The notes under the pieces are model-generated. The model did no database searches, was not told where the DNA came from, and worked only from the letters and a program-made list of their open reading frames with translations. From an uncultured Gemmatimonadales bacterium (GTDB taxonomy: Bacteria > Gemmatimonadota > Gemmatimonadetes > Gemmatimonadales > GWC2-71-9), in NCBI GenBank assembly GCA_963695555.1, contig CAVOGR010000007.1:160001-224000 (forward strand): DNA of 64,000 bases. The letters run 5' to 3'. Of this stretch, positions 29,143 to 38,614 are shown one piece after another. Each line of letters begins with the position of its first letter. The stretch's first letter is position 1. A program made the translations under genes and the position numbers.

Positions 29143-29589
29143 CTATAGAGGGAATTCACGCCGCGCCGTGTTGCCGCGGGCGTCCTTGTAGCTCATGATA
29201 CCGCGCCGCATGCCGGCCTGGAACACGGCGACGATGCCCGACCCGCACGTGACTCGGGCAATCACGGATTCCTGGGAGCTGGTCGAGCGGCGGCGCAGCG
29301 CCTCCCGAACCGCCACCGCCCGGCACACTTCATCCGAGTCGGTATGGAAGCGAAGCTCGCACACGGTGGCTGCCGCGCCTGGCTGGCAGTCCACCCTGAG
29401 TCCCTGCTCGGGGATCTCCGCCAGACGTGTGGCGGGAATGCCCAGGCGCCTGAGGACATCGGGTGCGTCAGGGCCACCGGCCTGGCCAACCAGCGGCCGG
29501 GGTGTCCCCAGGGCGATACAGATGAGCGACAGCGCGACGGCCTTCAGGGCCATCGAGCCTTGTTTTTGCCCGTTCGGTATGCAGAACAT
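29143..29589 (-). CDS. Secreted hypothetical protein (148 aa, Cys-containing)
   Basis: GGAGGAG RBS before ATG 29589 (alternative start 29553); hydrophobic signal-like segment. Confidence 0.5.
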   Translation of the reverse strand: MFCIPNGQKQGSMALKAVALSLICIALGTPRPLVGQAGGPDAPDVLRRLGIPATRLAEIPEQGLRVDCQPGAAATVCELRFHTDSDEVCRAVAVREALRRRSTSSQESVIARVTCGSGIVAVFQAGMRRGIMSYKDARGNTARREFPL

Positions 29590-29631
29590 TGCACTCCTCC
29601 CTTCCAGGGCGGTCCTACACCATGGGGTAGG

Positions 29632-29647
29632 GGCAAGGGGCATACCG
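29632..29647 (-). promoter_or_regulatory. Possible sigma54 promoter
   Basis: Minus strand reads CGGTATG-CCCC-TTGCC (GG-N10-GC), about 45 bp upstream of the start. Confidence 0.4.
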
Positions 29648-30128
29648 TGACCGCGATTACTTCGGGATATCTTCGGGGCTTCAGAGTGCGCCGGGCTCGG
29701 CCGGCAAGGGAGGTAGTGAAACGGGACCTTCTTCCCCATATTTGCAGTGCGCCGTCCGTTGGCGCACCGGTGTCCGTGCCCAATGTGTTCCCGAACCAAG
29801 GAGGTGATCCATTGTCTAGTCCGTGTACCGTCTGCGTCCCGGCATGGGCAAGCGATCGCCGTCTCGGTAGCTAACGGGTAGCAATCGCGAATCTCCGCGA
29901 CGTTCGGTGCCGATCGGCATCGTGCCGGGTCGCAGAGGTGAAGAAGCGCCGTGGCCACTCGAGGCCACGGCGCTTCTTGTGTTGGCGGGCCGGCCTCGCG
30001 GGGGACTGGCGAAGGGCCAGAACCATGTTATTCCTTCATCCGCTCACGAACGATCATGCCGGCCACGTGGGAGCGGGGGCCGACGTCATACATCATCTCC
30101 CTACAATTCAGTGTGTCTTGGAGGCAGT

Positions 30129-30710
30129 ATGTTTTCGAAGTCGCTGCATGCCGTAGCGGCGGTAGGTGCCCTCGTGTTCATGGCAGGCTGCACCAATGAC
30201 CGAGTTCCGGCCGAGGCCGCCCTCCAGGCAGCCGAGCAGGCCGTGGCGGCGGTACGCCCCGAGGCCGAGCAATATGCTTCGGACGGCCTGAAGGCGGTAG
30301 ACGACGAGCTCGCGTTCATCAAGGAGAGCATGCAAGAGAAGAAGTACGGAGCCGCCATGAGCGCGGCCAAGGACTTGACCGACAAGGTCAAAGAGCTGGA
30401 GCAGGCGGTGACGGCCAAGAAAGACGAATTGTCCAAGGGTTGGGGCCCGCTTGCCGACAGCATTACCACCATGGTCGGTCAGCTGGAGACCCGGGTAGCC
30501 GAGCTATCTTCGTCTCGTCGCTTGCCGGCCGGGATGACCAAGAGTCAGGTGTCCGAGGCCAAGGCGTCCGTTCAACAGCTCAAGGATTCGTGGACCCAGG
30601 CCGCGGAGAGCTTCAAGGGCGGGAAGATTGCCGAGGCCATGACCGTGGCCGCGAGTGTCAAGTCGAAGGCGACGGAGTTAATGAAGATGCTCGGGTCGAC
30701 GGGCGCCTAA
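30129..30710 (+). CDS. Ala/Lys-rich helical lipoprotein
   Basis: GGAGG RBS; lipobox MAGC; amphipathic helical pattern. Confidence 0.8.
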   Translation: MFSKSLHAVAAVGALVFMAGCTNDRVPAEAALQAAEQAVAAVRPEAEQYASDGLKAVDDELAFIKESMQEKKYGAAMSAAKDLTDKVKELEQAVTAKKDELSKGWGPLADSITTMVGQLETRVAELSSSRRLPAGMTKSQVSEAKASVQQLKDSWTQAAESFKGGKIAEAMTVAASVKSKATELMKMLGSTGA

Positions 30711-30734
30711 CCTAGACCGAACATCACCAGACGG

Positions 30735-30773
30735 GGACGCGGGGCCCGGCCTACCAGGCTGGGCCCCGCGTCC
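30735..30773. terminator. Long hairpin between convergent genes
   Basis: GGACGCGGGGCCCGGCCT-ACC-AGGCTGGGCCCCGCGTCC. Confidence 0.7.
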
Positions 30774-30777
30774 GTCA

Positions 30778-31047
30778 CTACCCCTGCCGCAGCAGCGCCA
30801 GCTTACGTGCGCGGGAGAGCCGCTTGATCTCCGCCTCGCGTTTGAGCGCCGCGGAACGGCTCGGGCTGTGTTCCCGAAATACCACCGAGACCGGGGTGCG
30901 GGCTCGGGTATACTTGGACGCGGTTCCGTCGCGGTGTGCCGCGAGCCGCTGGGCGACGTCCCGAGCGATCCCGGTGTACAGCGAACCGTCGCGGCACTCG
31001 AGCATGTAGACCCACCAGCCGTCGGCCTTGACCCTGCGGGTGGTCAC
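30778..31047 (-). CDS. GIY-YIG nuclease family protein (UPF0213-like)
   Basis: WVYMLECRDGSLYTGIA, RL.AH..G.ASKYTR and ALKRE..IK.L motifs. Confidence 0.9.
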   Translation of the reverse strand: MTTRRVKADGWWVYMLECRDGSLYTGIARDVAQRLAAHRDGTASKYTRARTPVSVVFREHSPSRSAALKREAEIKRLSRARKLALLRQG

Positions 31048-31058
31048 CGGCTTCCGGA

Positions 31059-31820
31059 TCACTCCGGCTGGGTGAGCGCCCGGACTTCCTCGGGCAACGC
31101 GAACACCGAGTCCGGCACTTCCCCGCTCTCCATACTGGTAAAGGTCATGATCTGCTCCATGCCCATGACCCGCTGCACCGTCTTGTGCGGCAGCAGTACC
31201 CCACCAACCGGCTGCCAATCCGACACGAGTGACGTGGCCTCCATATCGCCCATCGCGGTCGAGCGGGTGCGGACAGAGCCTACGAGAAGACCGGTCGTGC
31301 GATCGAAGAAGTCGAAATATTCCTCGCCATTCGCGGTGGTTACCTTCACGCGGTAACAGGGCGTGCCCTCGAACTCCTCCTCGCCGATGGTTTCGACCGC
31401 CGCGAAGAGCCGCTTGGGATAGAGCATGCTGTAGAAATCCGCGCTTTGCTGCATCTGCTGGAGGGACAACCCATCGAGAAGCATGGGTCCTTCCATCGGA
31501 TTGAGCGTCCACCCGACCGTTCCGTCAAAGCCATTCTTGACAGTTACCATCCCGGGGATCACGACCGTAACGGCCAGCTTGTTCGGTGCCTTCGCATAAA
31601 CCTCGAGATCTCCCTCGACGCCTTGGGCCGGCACCTCGAGGCGACCCGTCACATGGCGGCCGGTCTGGCGCATGACGGCCGCTTCGCCGCCAACGGCCTC
31701 GACGAAACGGCGGACGACGGCGGGCCCGTCTGGCAACGTTCCGCCCTGGGCTACACCCGTCGTGGGAAGCAGGGCAAGGAACAGGGCGCCGGGTACGAAC
31801 TGCATGCGAAGCTTCATCAT
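31059..31820 (-). CDS. Secreted LolA-like / DUF620-like protein
   Basis: AAGGAG RBS; signal peptide; FVEAVGG, GFDGTVGW, FFD..TGLL and SDW..VGGVLLP motifs. Confidence 0.7.
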   Translation of the reverse strand: MMKLRMQFVPGALFLALLPTTGVAQGGTLPDGPAVVRRFVEAVGGEAAVMRQTGRHVTGRLEVPAQGVEGDLEVYAKAPNKLAVTVVIPGMVTVKNGFDGTVGWTLNPMEGPMLLDGLSLQQMQQSADFYSMLYPKRLFAAVETIGEEEFEGTPCYRVKVTTANGEEYFDFFDRTTGLLVGSVRTRSTAMGDMEATSLVSDWQPVGGVLLPHKTVQRVMGMEQIMTFTSMESGEVPDSVFALPEEVRALTQPE

Positions 31821-32112
31821 AAGTAAAGACTCCTTCATAGTCTCTCCGGACGTCGTCGGGTAATCCAAACAGCCGTTCCACAGATACGCTGAAAACACCG
31901 ACAAGTTTCAACGTCGAGAACCTCGGGATCTCGAGCCCACCCAGAACGAGACCATCGGAGCTGCCGCCAATCCCGACGGAAGGGTAATGAACCCCTGTGG
32001 TGCCGCCAAGGAACACGGGAGTGGTGCCGGTACGGCCCACGACTATCTTCCGCACTGCGGCCGATTCGGAGTTCGATCGCGCCGGCATCCGTACATGTCA
32101 GGAGGAGTGGCA

Positions 32113-32898
32113 ATGGTACAGCGCACAACACTGGTGAGCGCCGGGTTTGTGTTCAGTCTTCTCGCAATCCCTGGTGTCGCGTCGAGCCAGGCTCCGCCCA
32201 CCCAGGTCATGGTCCGTGTCACCTCCCACGATGCGAAGATCATCGGGTCGGGCGTCGGCGGGGCGACGGTGACGATTCGCGACGCCGTGACCGGACAGGT
32301 TCTCGCCCTCGGCAAACAGGAGGGCTCGACCGGTGACACCCGCCGCATCATGACCGAGCCGCACGTGCGGGGCGGCACCGTCTACGATACCGAGGGCGCT
32401 GCGGGGTTCCTCGCCACCCTCGAACTCGACGAGCCGACCCTGGTGGAGATCAGCGCGGAAGGCCCCCTCGGCACTCCGCATGCCAGTCAGCGGGCCTCGA
32501 AGACGATGCTCCTCGTACCCGGCAAGGACGTGTTGGGCGAAGGCGTCATCCTGGAACTCATGGGCTTTACGGTGGTCCTGGAGGCGCCGAGCGACACAGG
32601 ATCGGTGAAGGCGGGCCAGACATTCGAGGTGCGCGCGAGCGTAACGATGCTGTGCGGCTGCCCCACCGAGCCTGGCGGACTGTGGGACGCGGACGATATC
32701 GAGATCGTGGCGGTCATCAAGCGTGCGACGCACGTCTTGACGACGGTGCCGCTCGCGTACGCGGGGAAGCGGAATACCTACCGTGCAACGGTCGTGGTGG
32801 ACCAGCCGGGGCCACTACTGATTCAGGTGTTGGCGATGGATCCGGGCACGGCCAATTTCGGCATGGCCACAGGCACCCTCGACGTGCTGCCGCGTTGA
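32113..32898 (+). CDS. Secreted conserved hypothetical protein with a CGCP motif
   Basis: GGAGGAG RBS; signal peptide; DAKIIGSGVGGA; TMLCGCPTEPGGLWD. Confidence 0.75.
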   Translation: MVQRTTLVSAGFVFSLLAIPGVASSQAPPTQVMVRVTSHDAKIIGSGVGGATVTIRDAVTGQVLALGKQEGSTGDTRRIMTEPHVRGGTVYDTEGAAGFLATLELDEPTLVEISAEGPLGTPHASQRASKTMLLVPGKDVLGEGVILELMGFTVVLEAPSDTGSVKAGQTFEVRASVTMLCGCPTEPGGLWDADDIEIVAVIKRATHVLTTVPLAYAGKRNTYRATVVVDQPGPLLIQVLAMDPGTANFGMATGTLDVLPR

Positions 32899-35694
32899 TC
32901 ACCGGCCACTAGACGCCAGATCGCTTTCGAGCACGATCTCGACGGTAACGATGCGATGCGGCGCGAGCGTCACCCGGAGCACCCTGCCCTCCGCAACGAG
33001 TTCCTCCTGGCGCGCCTCGAGGACATCTACCATCCACGCTCCCACGATGTTCTGTCCAAGCGTGAGCATTTCCTCGACAGGGTCTGCCGTGAGATTGTAG
33101 AGCCGGACGACCAACGAGTCGCGGTCCGCATGCTGTTTCACGGCACTGATGGCCGTCGACGCGGATGCTTTCCGCAGGAAGCTCGCACCGCCCGCGACGG
33201 CGTTGTCGGCAACGCCCTGCACCACGAGCACCGGGGTGCGCCAGCCGGCGGCCATGCCTTTGATATCCGCCGAGATGCAGTCACCGGCAAAGGGCACCAC
33301 TGCGTAGCGGAAACGGTGTCGACCCAGACACTGCGCATCCGGCGTCGCGAGCGTGGGGCCGGCGTTCGCAAAGTTTCGCGTAGGGAAGTCGTCCCTCGAA
33401 AGCCACCCGACAGCCCGAAGCAGTGTCAATGACAGGACGACCCCCGAAGCCGGTGGCGTTGCCTCAGCTGCCTGAATCTCCGGGAGGCCTCGGTTGAGCA
33501 CCGCCAAGCCGCGTCCTTGCCCCTCCACCAACGAGAAGTCCTGCTGAGGGTAGGTGCCCGGTGGCGGCTGGGCCCAACCGGCTCCGTCGGGCTGCTCAAC
33601 CGGGCGTCGGTTCAGATAGAAGTGGCCGTCCGAGACAACCGTGTCGCTTTCGATTCCGGTGGGAAAGGCGACTCGAAGCCGGTGGTCTTCGGCTCGATTC
33701 TCAATGGTCGTCTCGATGTCGACGAGCGGACTGCCGCGTGTCAGCCGCACGCGAGTGGTGGCCGTACAGGCGACGCGTTCCTCGCTTCTCCGGCGGCGAT
33801 CTTTCTGGATGCGCGCCGGCAGCATCCATTCGAAACGGGTCTCGACGGCCCCAGCGAGGCCGGTGGCCTCTACGATCGTCGTCTGCCCGCTCAGGCTTTC
33901 CGCGGTGACCGTTTCCGACTGCTCGGATGGCGAATAATCGTACTCGTCGCCGATATCCTCGGTGTCCTCTAGGAGGTTGAGCCCGCTGTAGCGATGCCCG
34001 GTGACCTTGTCGACCAGATCGAACGTCCCGTTCGGATAGAGGCGGAGCGCGCAGAATTCGTTTTCGATCGTCTCGTTGGTGACGGTCACGCCACCCGCGA
34101 GCGGCGCGGGTCTATCCGCGCTCGTGGTCTCCCGCAAGGCGAAGGTGGCGTGCCCCAGGGCCGGAAGATCCTCTGCCAGGAACTGGATCGTCAGGAAGCA
34201 ATCGGTGGCGGGGGTTTGCTGTGGCTCCGTCCGCATACGGTCGGGAAACCGGTCACGATAGACCCGGAATTGCTCCCGCTGGTCACCGTACCAGAGCTGG
34301 GTGCGATAGTCGATGCCCCAAAACCGTTCCATGAAATGTGTTTCGACCACCACGAACGGAACCCGTCGTCCGGCTTCATCGAACAGGCCGAGCCGGTCGA
34401 GGTCGTAGCCCAGCGGCTGCAACACGACGAGCCGGTCGACGACCTCCGTCCGGTCCGCTGGCAGTGGATTGGCCGCGCAAAGGACCGTATCCCGATCCGC
34501 TGCGGCATGGCGCCCGAACGAGGGGGCCAACCGTGTCAACTGGGTTCTGAGCTCCTGCTCCGCAGTCTGTATGACGCCGTCGAACCGCGGGCCCATGTCA
34601 CGATGGACTTCGTCGGTGCTGCAGCCACAAATGGAATCGTGCGGGTGGTTCTCGAGCAGGAGCTTCCAGGCGTACCCGGCCAGCCCCGCGGGATATGGCA
34701 GGCCATGGACGAAGTGCGAATAGGACGACCACGGCTCCAGGTATTGGGTCAGCATGGCCTGGGCGGCGTCGTTCTGCTGCTTCAAGTACATCCGGGCGGA
34801 CCAGACTCCGGACAGGATGAAGTGGAGCCTGCCCTGAACCAGCTCGCCCGTGTACCGGTGGGTTACGAAACCAGCGGACCGGACGGCCGCGAGGTAATCG
34901 GCCAAGCTCGCATGCCGGAACGCCGTACCCGGAAAGGCCTGGCGCAACGCGTCGAGTATCGGCCCGAGCTTCCGCTGCGGCGGATAGTGATCGCAGCCGT
35001 TGCTCACGAGGTAGATATCACCCGCGGAACGCACGGCGAGCGCGTCGAACAACTTCCGGACTTGGTGCACCGCCAGGGCCGGATCCACCTCGCGCTCTGT
35101 GTGGGCGTGCCATCCCTCTTCGAGGCCGAGTGCTCCGGCATTGCAGTAGCCGCCACACTGGTTGATGGCCAGCACCTCGCTTCCGTCCGGCGCTTCCCAC
35201 CAATACTCGTGTCCCAGGTCGTCGATCTCCGCCCCGTTGCCCCGCGTGTAAATGAAGGAATCGATACCAGCCTGCCTCAGGATCTGGGGCATCTGCGCGA
35301 TATGGCCGAAGGAGTCCGGCATATAGCCGACCTTCTGCACCGGCCCGACCCTCCCGCCGGCAGCGTGGCCCAACATGAGATTCCGGACCGTCGCTTCAGC
35401 GCTCACCAAGAACTCGTCGGGCAGGATGTACCACGGACCGATGGAGAGGGATCCCCGGCGCACGAGAGCCGCAATTCGCGACTCGTCCTCTGGGCGAACT
35501 TGGAGATAGTCATCGAGAATGATCGATTGCCCGTCCAGCAGGAAATGCTCGAAGGCATCGTCACCTTCCAGCCGCTCCAGCACCTCCTGGACGACGTTCA
35601 CCAGCATGCCGCGGAATCGGTGAAAGGTCAGGTACCACTCGCGGTCCCAATGGGTGTGGGACACCACGTAGGCGGCCTTCGGGGCGGGACTCAC
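32899..35694 (-). CDS. GH38 alpha-mannosidase (MngB-like)
   Basis: SHTHWDREW, LDGQ, GPWY.LPDE, PDSFGH, NGCDH, HPHDSICGCS.DEVH and LTLLRAVGWLSR motifs. Confidence 0.93.
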   Translation of the reverse strand: MSPAPKAAYVVSHTHWDREWYLTFHRFRGMLVNVVQEVLERLEGDDAFEHFLLDGQSIILDDYLQVRPEDESRIAALVRRGSLSIGPWYILPDEFLVSAEATVRNLMLGHAAGGRVGPVQKVGYMPDSFGHIAQMPQILRQAGIDSFIYTRGNGAEIDDLGHEYWWEAPDGSEVLAINQCGGYCNAGALGLEEGWHAHTEREVDPALAVHQVRKLFDALAVRSAGDIYLVSNGCDHYPPQRKLGPILDALRQAFPGTAFRHASLADYLAAVRSAGFVTHRYTGELVQGRLHFILSGVWSARMYLKQQNDAAQAMLTQYLEPWSSYSHFVHGLPYPAGLAGYAWKLLLENHPHDSICGCSTDEVHRDMGPRFDGVIQTAEQELRTQLTRLAPSFGRHAAADRDTVLCAANPLPADRTEVVDRLVVLQPLGYDLDRLGLFDEAGRRVPFVVVETHFMERFWGIDYRTQLWYGDQREQFRVYRDRFPDRMRTEPQQTPATDCFLTIQFLAEDLPALGHATFALRETTSADRPAPLAGGVTVTNETIENEFCALRLYPNGTFDLVDKVTGHRYSGLNLLEDTEDIGDEYDYSPSEQSETVTAESLSGQTTIVEATGLAGAVETRFEWMLPARIQKDRRRRSEERVACTATTRVRLTRGSPLVDIETTIENRAEDHRLRVAFPTGIESDTVVSDGHFYLNRRPVEQPDGAGWAQPPPGTYPQQDFSLVEGQGRGLAVLNRGLPEIQAAEATPPASGVVLSLTLLRAVGWLSRDDFPTRNFANAGPTLATPDAQCLGRHRFRYAVVPFAGDCISADIKGMAAGWRTPVLVVQGVADNAVAGGASFLRKASASTAISAVKQHADRDSLVVRLYNLTADPVEEMLTLGQNIVGAWMVDVLEARQEELVAEGRVLRVTLAPHRIVTVEIVLESDLASSGR

Positions 35695-35701
35695 GGGTTC
35701 C

Positions 35702-36667
35702 TCACGCATGGCAGGACGCGAGCAGGTCGCGAATGGTCGTGGTGGCAAGCCCGACACAGGTATCGGCCGCGCCATAGTACACCAACACCCGACTGTCAGG
35801 CTCGGCGAAGCCTGCCTCGTCGTATCGCTCGACGATCATGCCGCTGGGGAAGACGACGTTGGGCACCTGCCCCACCAGCTCATAGAGCTCCCGCGGCTCC
35901 AGGATGTTGTTCCGGCTCCGCGCAAGCACCCGCGACGGATCGACGAGATCCAAGAGAGCGACGCCGGCCTGGTAGATGTTACAGCTTCCGAAATGCGTGG
36001 CGATCCCGTGGTAGAGATGGAGCCAGCCCTGTTTGGTCTTGACCGGCGGAGGACCCGATCCGATGCGCTCGTCCCAGTAATGCGGGCGCCCTCGCATCAC
36101 GCCACGGACCACGGTCCAGTCCACCAAGTCGGTCGACTCGGACAGCCGGATCTCGTCTCCCGACGTCGGCCCGCCCGGGAGGGACACCAAGTTGGGACGG
36201 TCTAGTCGTACATACTTACCACCGATGCGCTCCGGAAACAGCACGCCGTTTCGAATGTCCGGCTCGGCGCCGAAGCCCAGGAATTCGAACCGCTCGAACG
36301 TCTCCGTGCGCGCCACGCCGAGCCGGCATCCGTCGTCGGTGTCGGCCGCGAACATCACGACGTAGGCGCCGTCGATTTCTGTGAGCCGGGGATCATAGAC
36401 GTGATGGATGGTTTCGGGGACCCGCTCGAGGCCCTCGAAACGAACGAGCGCCGGTGCCACGTCGAACTCCACCCCGTCATGGCTATCCGCGAGGAGCAGG
36501 AAGGTCTTCCGTCCACGGCTCTGGACCCGCAGCATGAGCCGATAGCGACCACGGTAGCGAACCGCCCCCGGATTGAACACCGACGTAACATCGTGGAGGG
36601 CCGGCTCGACCTCGGGGATGTCTCGCCGCGTGAGGATCGGGTTCTTCGGGCTCCGGGTCAACACCAC
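35702..36667 (-). CDS. GH130 beta-mannoside phosphorylase
   Basis: NPIL, VFNPGA, YDPR, RNGVLFPE.IGGKY..LDRP, LYHG, VPNVVFP and YYGAADT motifs. Confidence 0.92.
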   Translation of the reverse strand: MVLTRSPKNPILTRRDIPEVEPALHDVTSVFNPGAVRYRGRYRLMLRVQSRGRKTFLLLADSHDGVEFDVAPALVRFEGLERVPETIHHVYDPRLTEIDGAYVVMFAADTDDGCRLGVARTETFERFEFLGFGAEPDIRNGVLFPERIGGKYVRLDRPNLVSLPGGPTSGDEIRLSESTDLVDWTVVRGVMRGRPHYWDERIGSGPPPVKTKQGWLHLYHGIATHFGSCNIYQAGVALLDLVDPSRVLARSRNNILEPRELYELVGQVPNVVFPSGMIVERYDEAGFAEPDSRVLVYYGAADTCVGLATTTIRDLLASCHA

Positions 36668-36669
36668 GA

Positions 36670-38592
36670 CTATTCTCCCGCCTCGACGTAACCGTCGTCC
36701 TTCACGTCGCGTTGCGTGATGCGCAGCTGCGTCAACATGGCCCGCAAGTCCGCGATTCCCCCAATGGCAAACCACACCAGGACGATAATCGAGAGGACCA
36801 CCTGGACGTAGAGATAGAGTCGCCAAAACTCCGCCCATCGCATGTTGTCCACGTGGTGGGTCAGGCTGTACACCGTGCCGGCAATGAATACAGCCACCCA
36901 GAAGAAAGTGTGGGCGTAGGTCACGATGTACAGGATCTTGTCCCGTATCGTGAATTCCTTCCCCATGCCCAGGACCTTCCAGCCGCGGGTCGGCACCTCG
37001 GTCACGACTTGGGTCTCCGACGTTGCATGGGCACCTCGATGCAGCAAGCGGTCCAGATCAAAGGCCTCTCTTCCAAGGAGCGAGACGACGATGTACACCA
37101 CGACCGACACCCCGATGGCAATGGCCGCGAAGACCTGCCCGTTGATGAAGAAGTCCTCGATGATGCGATGGATGATGATGCCGCCTACCGAGATCCCCGA
37201 GCCCACGATCATGGCGGCCCATGCCGCGGCCGTCGTCCCGCGTTTCCAGTAGAGCCCGCCGATGATGACGGAGCCCGCCCCACCGAAGAAGATTGCGCCG
37301 GTGATCGCGAAGAACAGGAAGATGTACTCGCTCTGCTGGAACAAGAGACTGAAGCAGAAGATGAAGCATGCGACACCCAGGATGCTCCAGCGGAGCGCGC
37401 GGAAATGCTGTTCCGGGGTAAACGGGGTCGTTCGGAACGGCATGATGACGTCCTGAATGAAGATGCTCCCCCACGAATGTAGGTAGGTATCGTGCGTACT
37501 GATGAACGCCGCCAGCATGACCGCGGCGAAGGCCCCGAGCAAGCCGACGGGGAGCATGACCTTCAGCACGAGGGGCACGCGCATCTGGTTCTGGAGCGCT
37601 TCCGTCCCCACCGAACTCAACATCGCATTGACCTGCCCCGCCTGCACGGCAAAATCCGGATGATGCATGACGGTATAGGCGATGATCGGGACGAAGAGGA
37701 TCAGGAGATTCTGCGGGTAGTTCCGCCAATTGGTCAGCACGCTGCCCATCTTGGCCTCGTGGGCGCTCTTGGCGGACGCGTTATAGGCCTGGGTTCCCTG
37801 CCACGACATGGTCCCGTACACGTAGATCAGCACACCGATCAGGAAGTACCAGAAGTTGAAGTCTTCCACGTAGCCCGTTTCGAACGGATTGATCAGCGAC
37901 TTGTTTTCCGGCGCCATCGCCAGGGCTTCGACGACCTGCCCCCAATTGACAACGAACATGAGGTAGAGGGGCACGGCAATGAACACCACGTTCATGAACA
38001 GGCCCTGGATGAAGTCCGCGATGATCACCGCGACCTGCCCGCCCCAGAAGACGAAGAAGAGCGCAATGCTCAACAGGACGAGCATCGTGAGCGGGAAGGT
38101 CGAGACGGCGACGCCGAAGATAGTGACGGCCGGCGGCAACCCGGTAAAGGAAATGAAGAATCGGGCCCCGACCGCGGGGAAGATGCCAAAGTTGACCACA
38201 CCGGACGTGAAGGCGATAAGCCCGGCGAAAATCCGAAATCGGCGGCTATAGCGTCGTTCGAAGAATTCGGCCAACGTGAGCGCGCGCGTCTGGCGGTAGC
38301 GATAGATGACCCATCCCGACACCGTCACGATCAGCACCACGACGCTCATAGTGAAGCCCCACCACGTCATGGCAAAGCCGGCCACGTAGTTCATCTCCAG
38401 CAAGCCCACCACGGTGATCGCGCCGAGGGCGGCCGCACCCTGTGAGAGGCTCAGGAGGTAACGACCGGCCGTGCGGCCGGCGGCCAGAAAGTCGGCCACG
38501 CTCCGCATGTAGCTGCGGCTGAGGACCACGCCCACGACCATGACCGCGAGGACCGACAGTACGATGGCCCAATCGAGGGCGGTAAACGTCAT
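36670..38592 (-). CDS. Sodium:solute symporter family transporter
   Basis: DFLAAGR, TLAEFFERRYS, LPVGLLG...AVMLAAFIST and GGLYWKR motifs; many TM helices. Confidence 0.93.
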   Translation of the reverse strand: MTFTALDWAIVLSVLAVMVVGVVLSRSYMRSVADFLAAGRTAGRYLLSLSQGAAALGAITVVGLLEMNYVAGFAMTWWGFTMSVVVLIVTVSGWVIYRYRQTRALTLAEFFERRYSRRFRIFAGLIAFTSGVVNFGIFPAVGARFFISFTGLPPAVTIFGVAVSTFPLTMLVLLSIALFFVFWGGQVAVIIADFIQGLFMNVVFIAVPLYLMFVVNWGQVVEALAMAPENKSLINPFETGYVEDFNFWYFLIGVLIYVYGTMSWQGTQAYNASAKSAHEAKMGSVLTNWRNYPQNLLILFVPIIAYTVMHHPDFAVQAGQVNAMLSSVGTEALQNQMRVPLVLKVMLPVGLLGAFAAVMLAAFISTHDTYLHSWGSIFIQDVIMPFRTTPFTPEQHFRALRWSILGVACFIFCFSLLFQQSEYIFLFFAITGAIFFGGAGSVIIGGLYWKRGTTAAAWAAMIVGSGISVGGIIIHRIIEDFFINGQVFAAIAIGVSVVVYIVVSLLGREAFDLDRLLHRGAHATSETQVVTEVPTRGWKVLGMGKEFTIRDKILYIVTYAHTFFWVAVFIAGTVYSLTHHVDNMRWAEFWRLYLYVQVVLSIIVLVWFAIGGIADLRAMLTQLRITQRDVKDDGYVEAGE

Positions 38593-38614
38593 GGGGTGGA
38601 GCCAGGCCGTGGAA

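Noticed and set aside
30778..31047. GIY-YIG protein as a homing endonuclease or mobile element
   Set aside because: 89-aa stand-alone UPF0213-type protein with no intron or terminal repeats.
33994..36042. 682-aa plus-strand ORF (and similar ORFs at 51092-52816, 38540-39862, 61932-63248)
   Set aside because: Antisense to well-supported genes and carries no recognisable domains.
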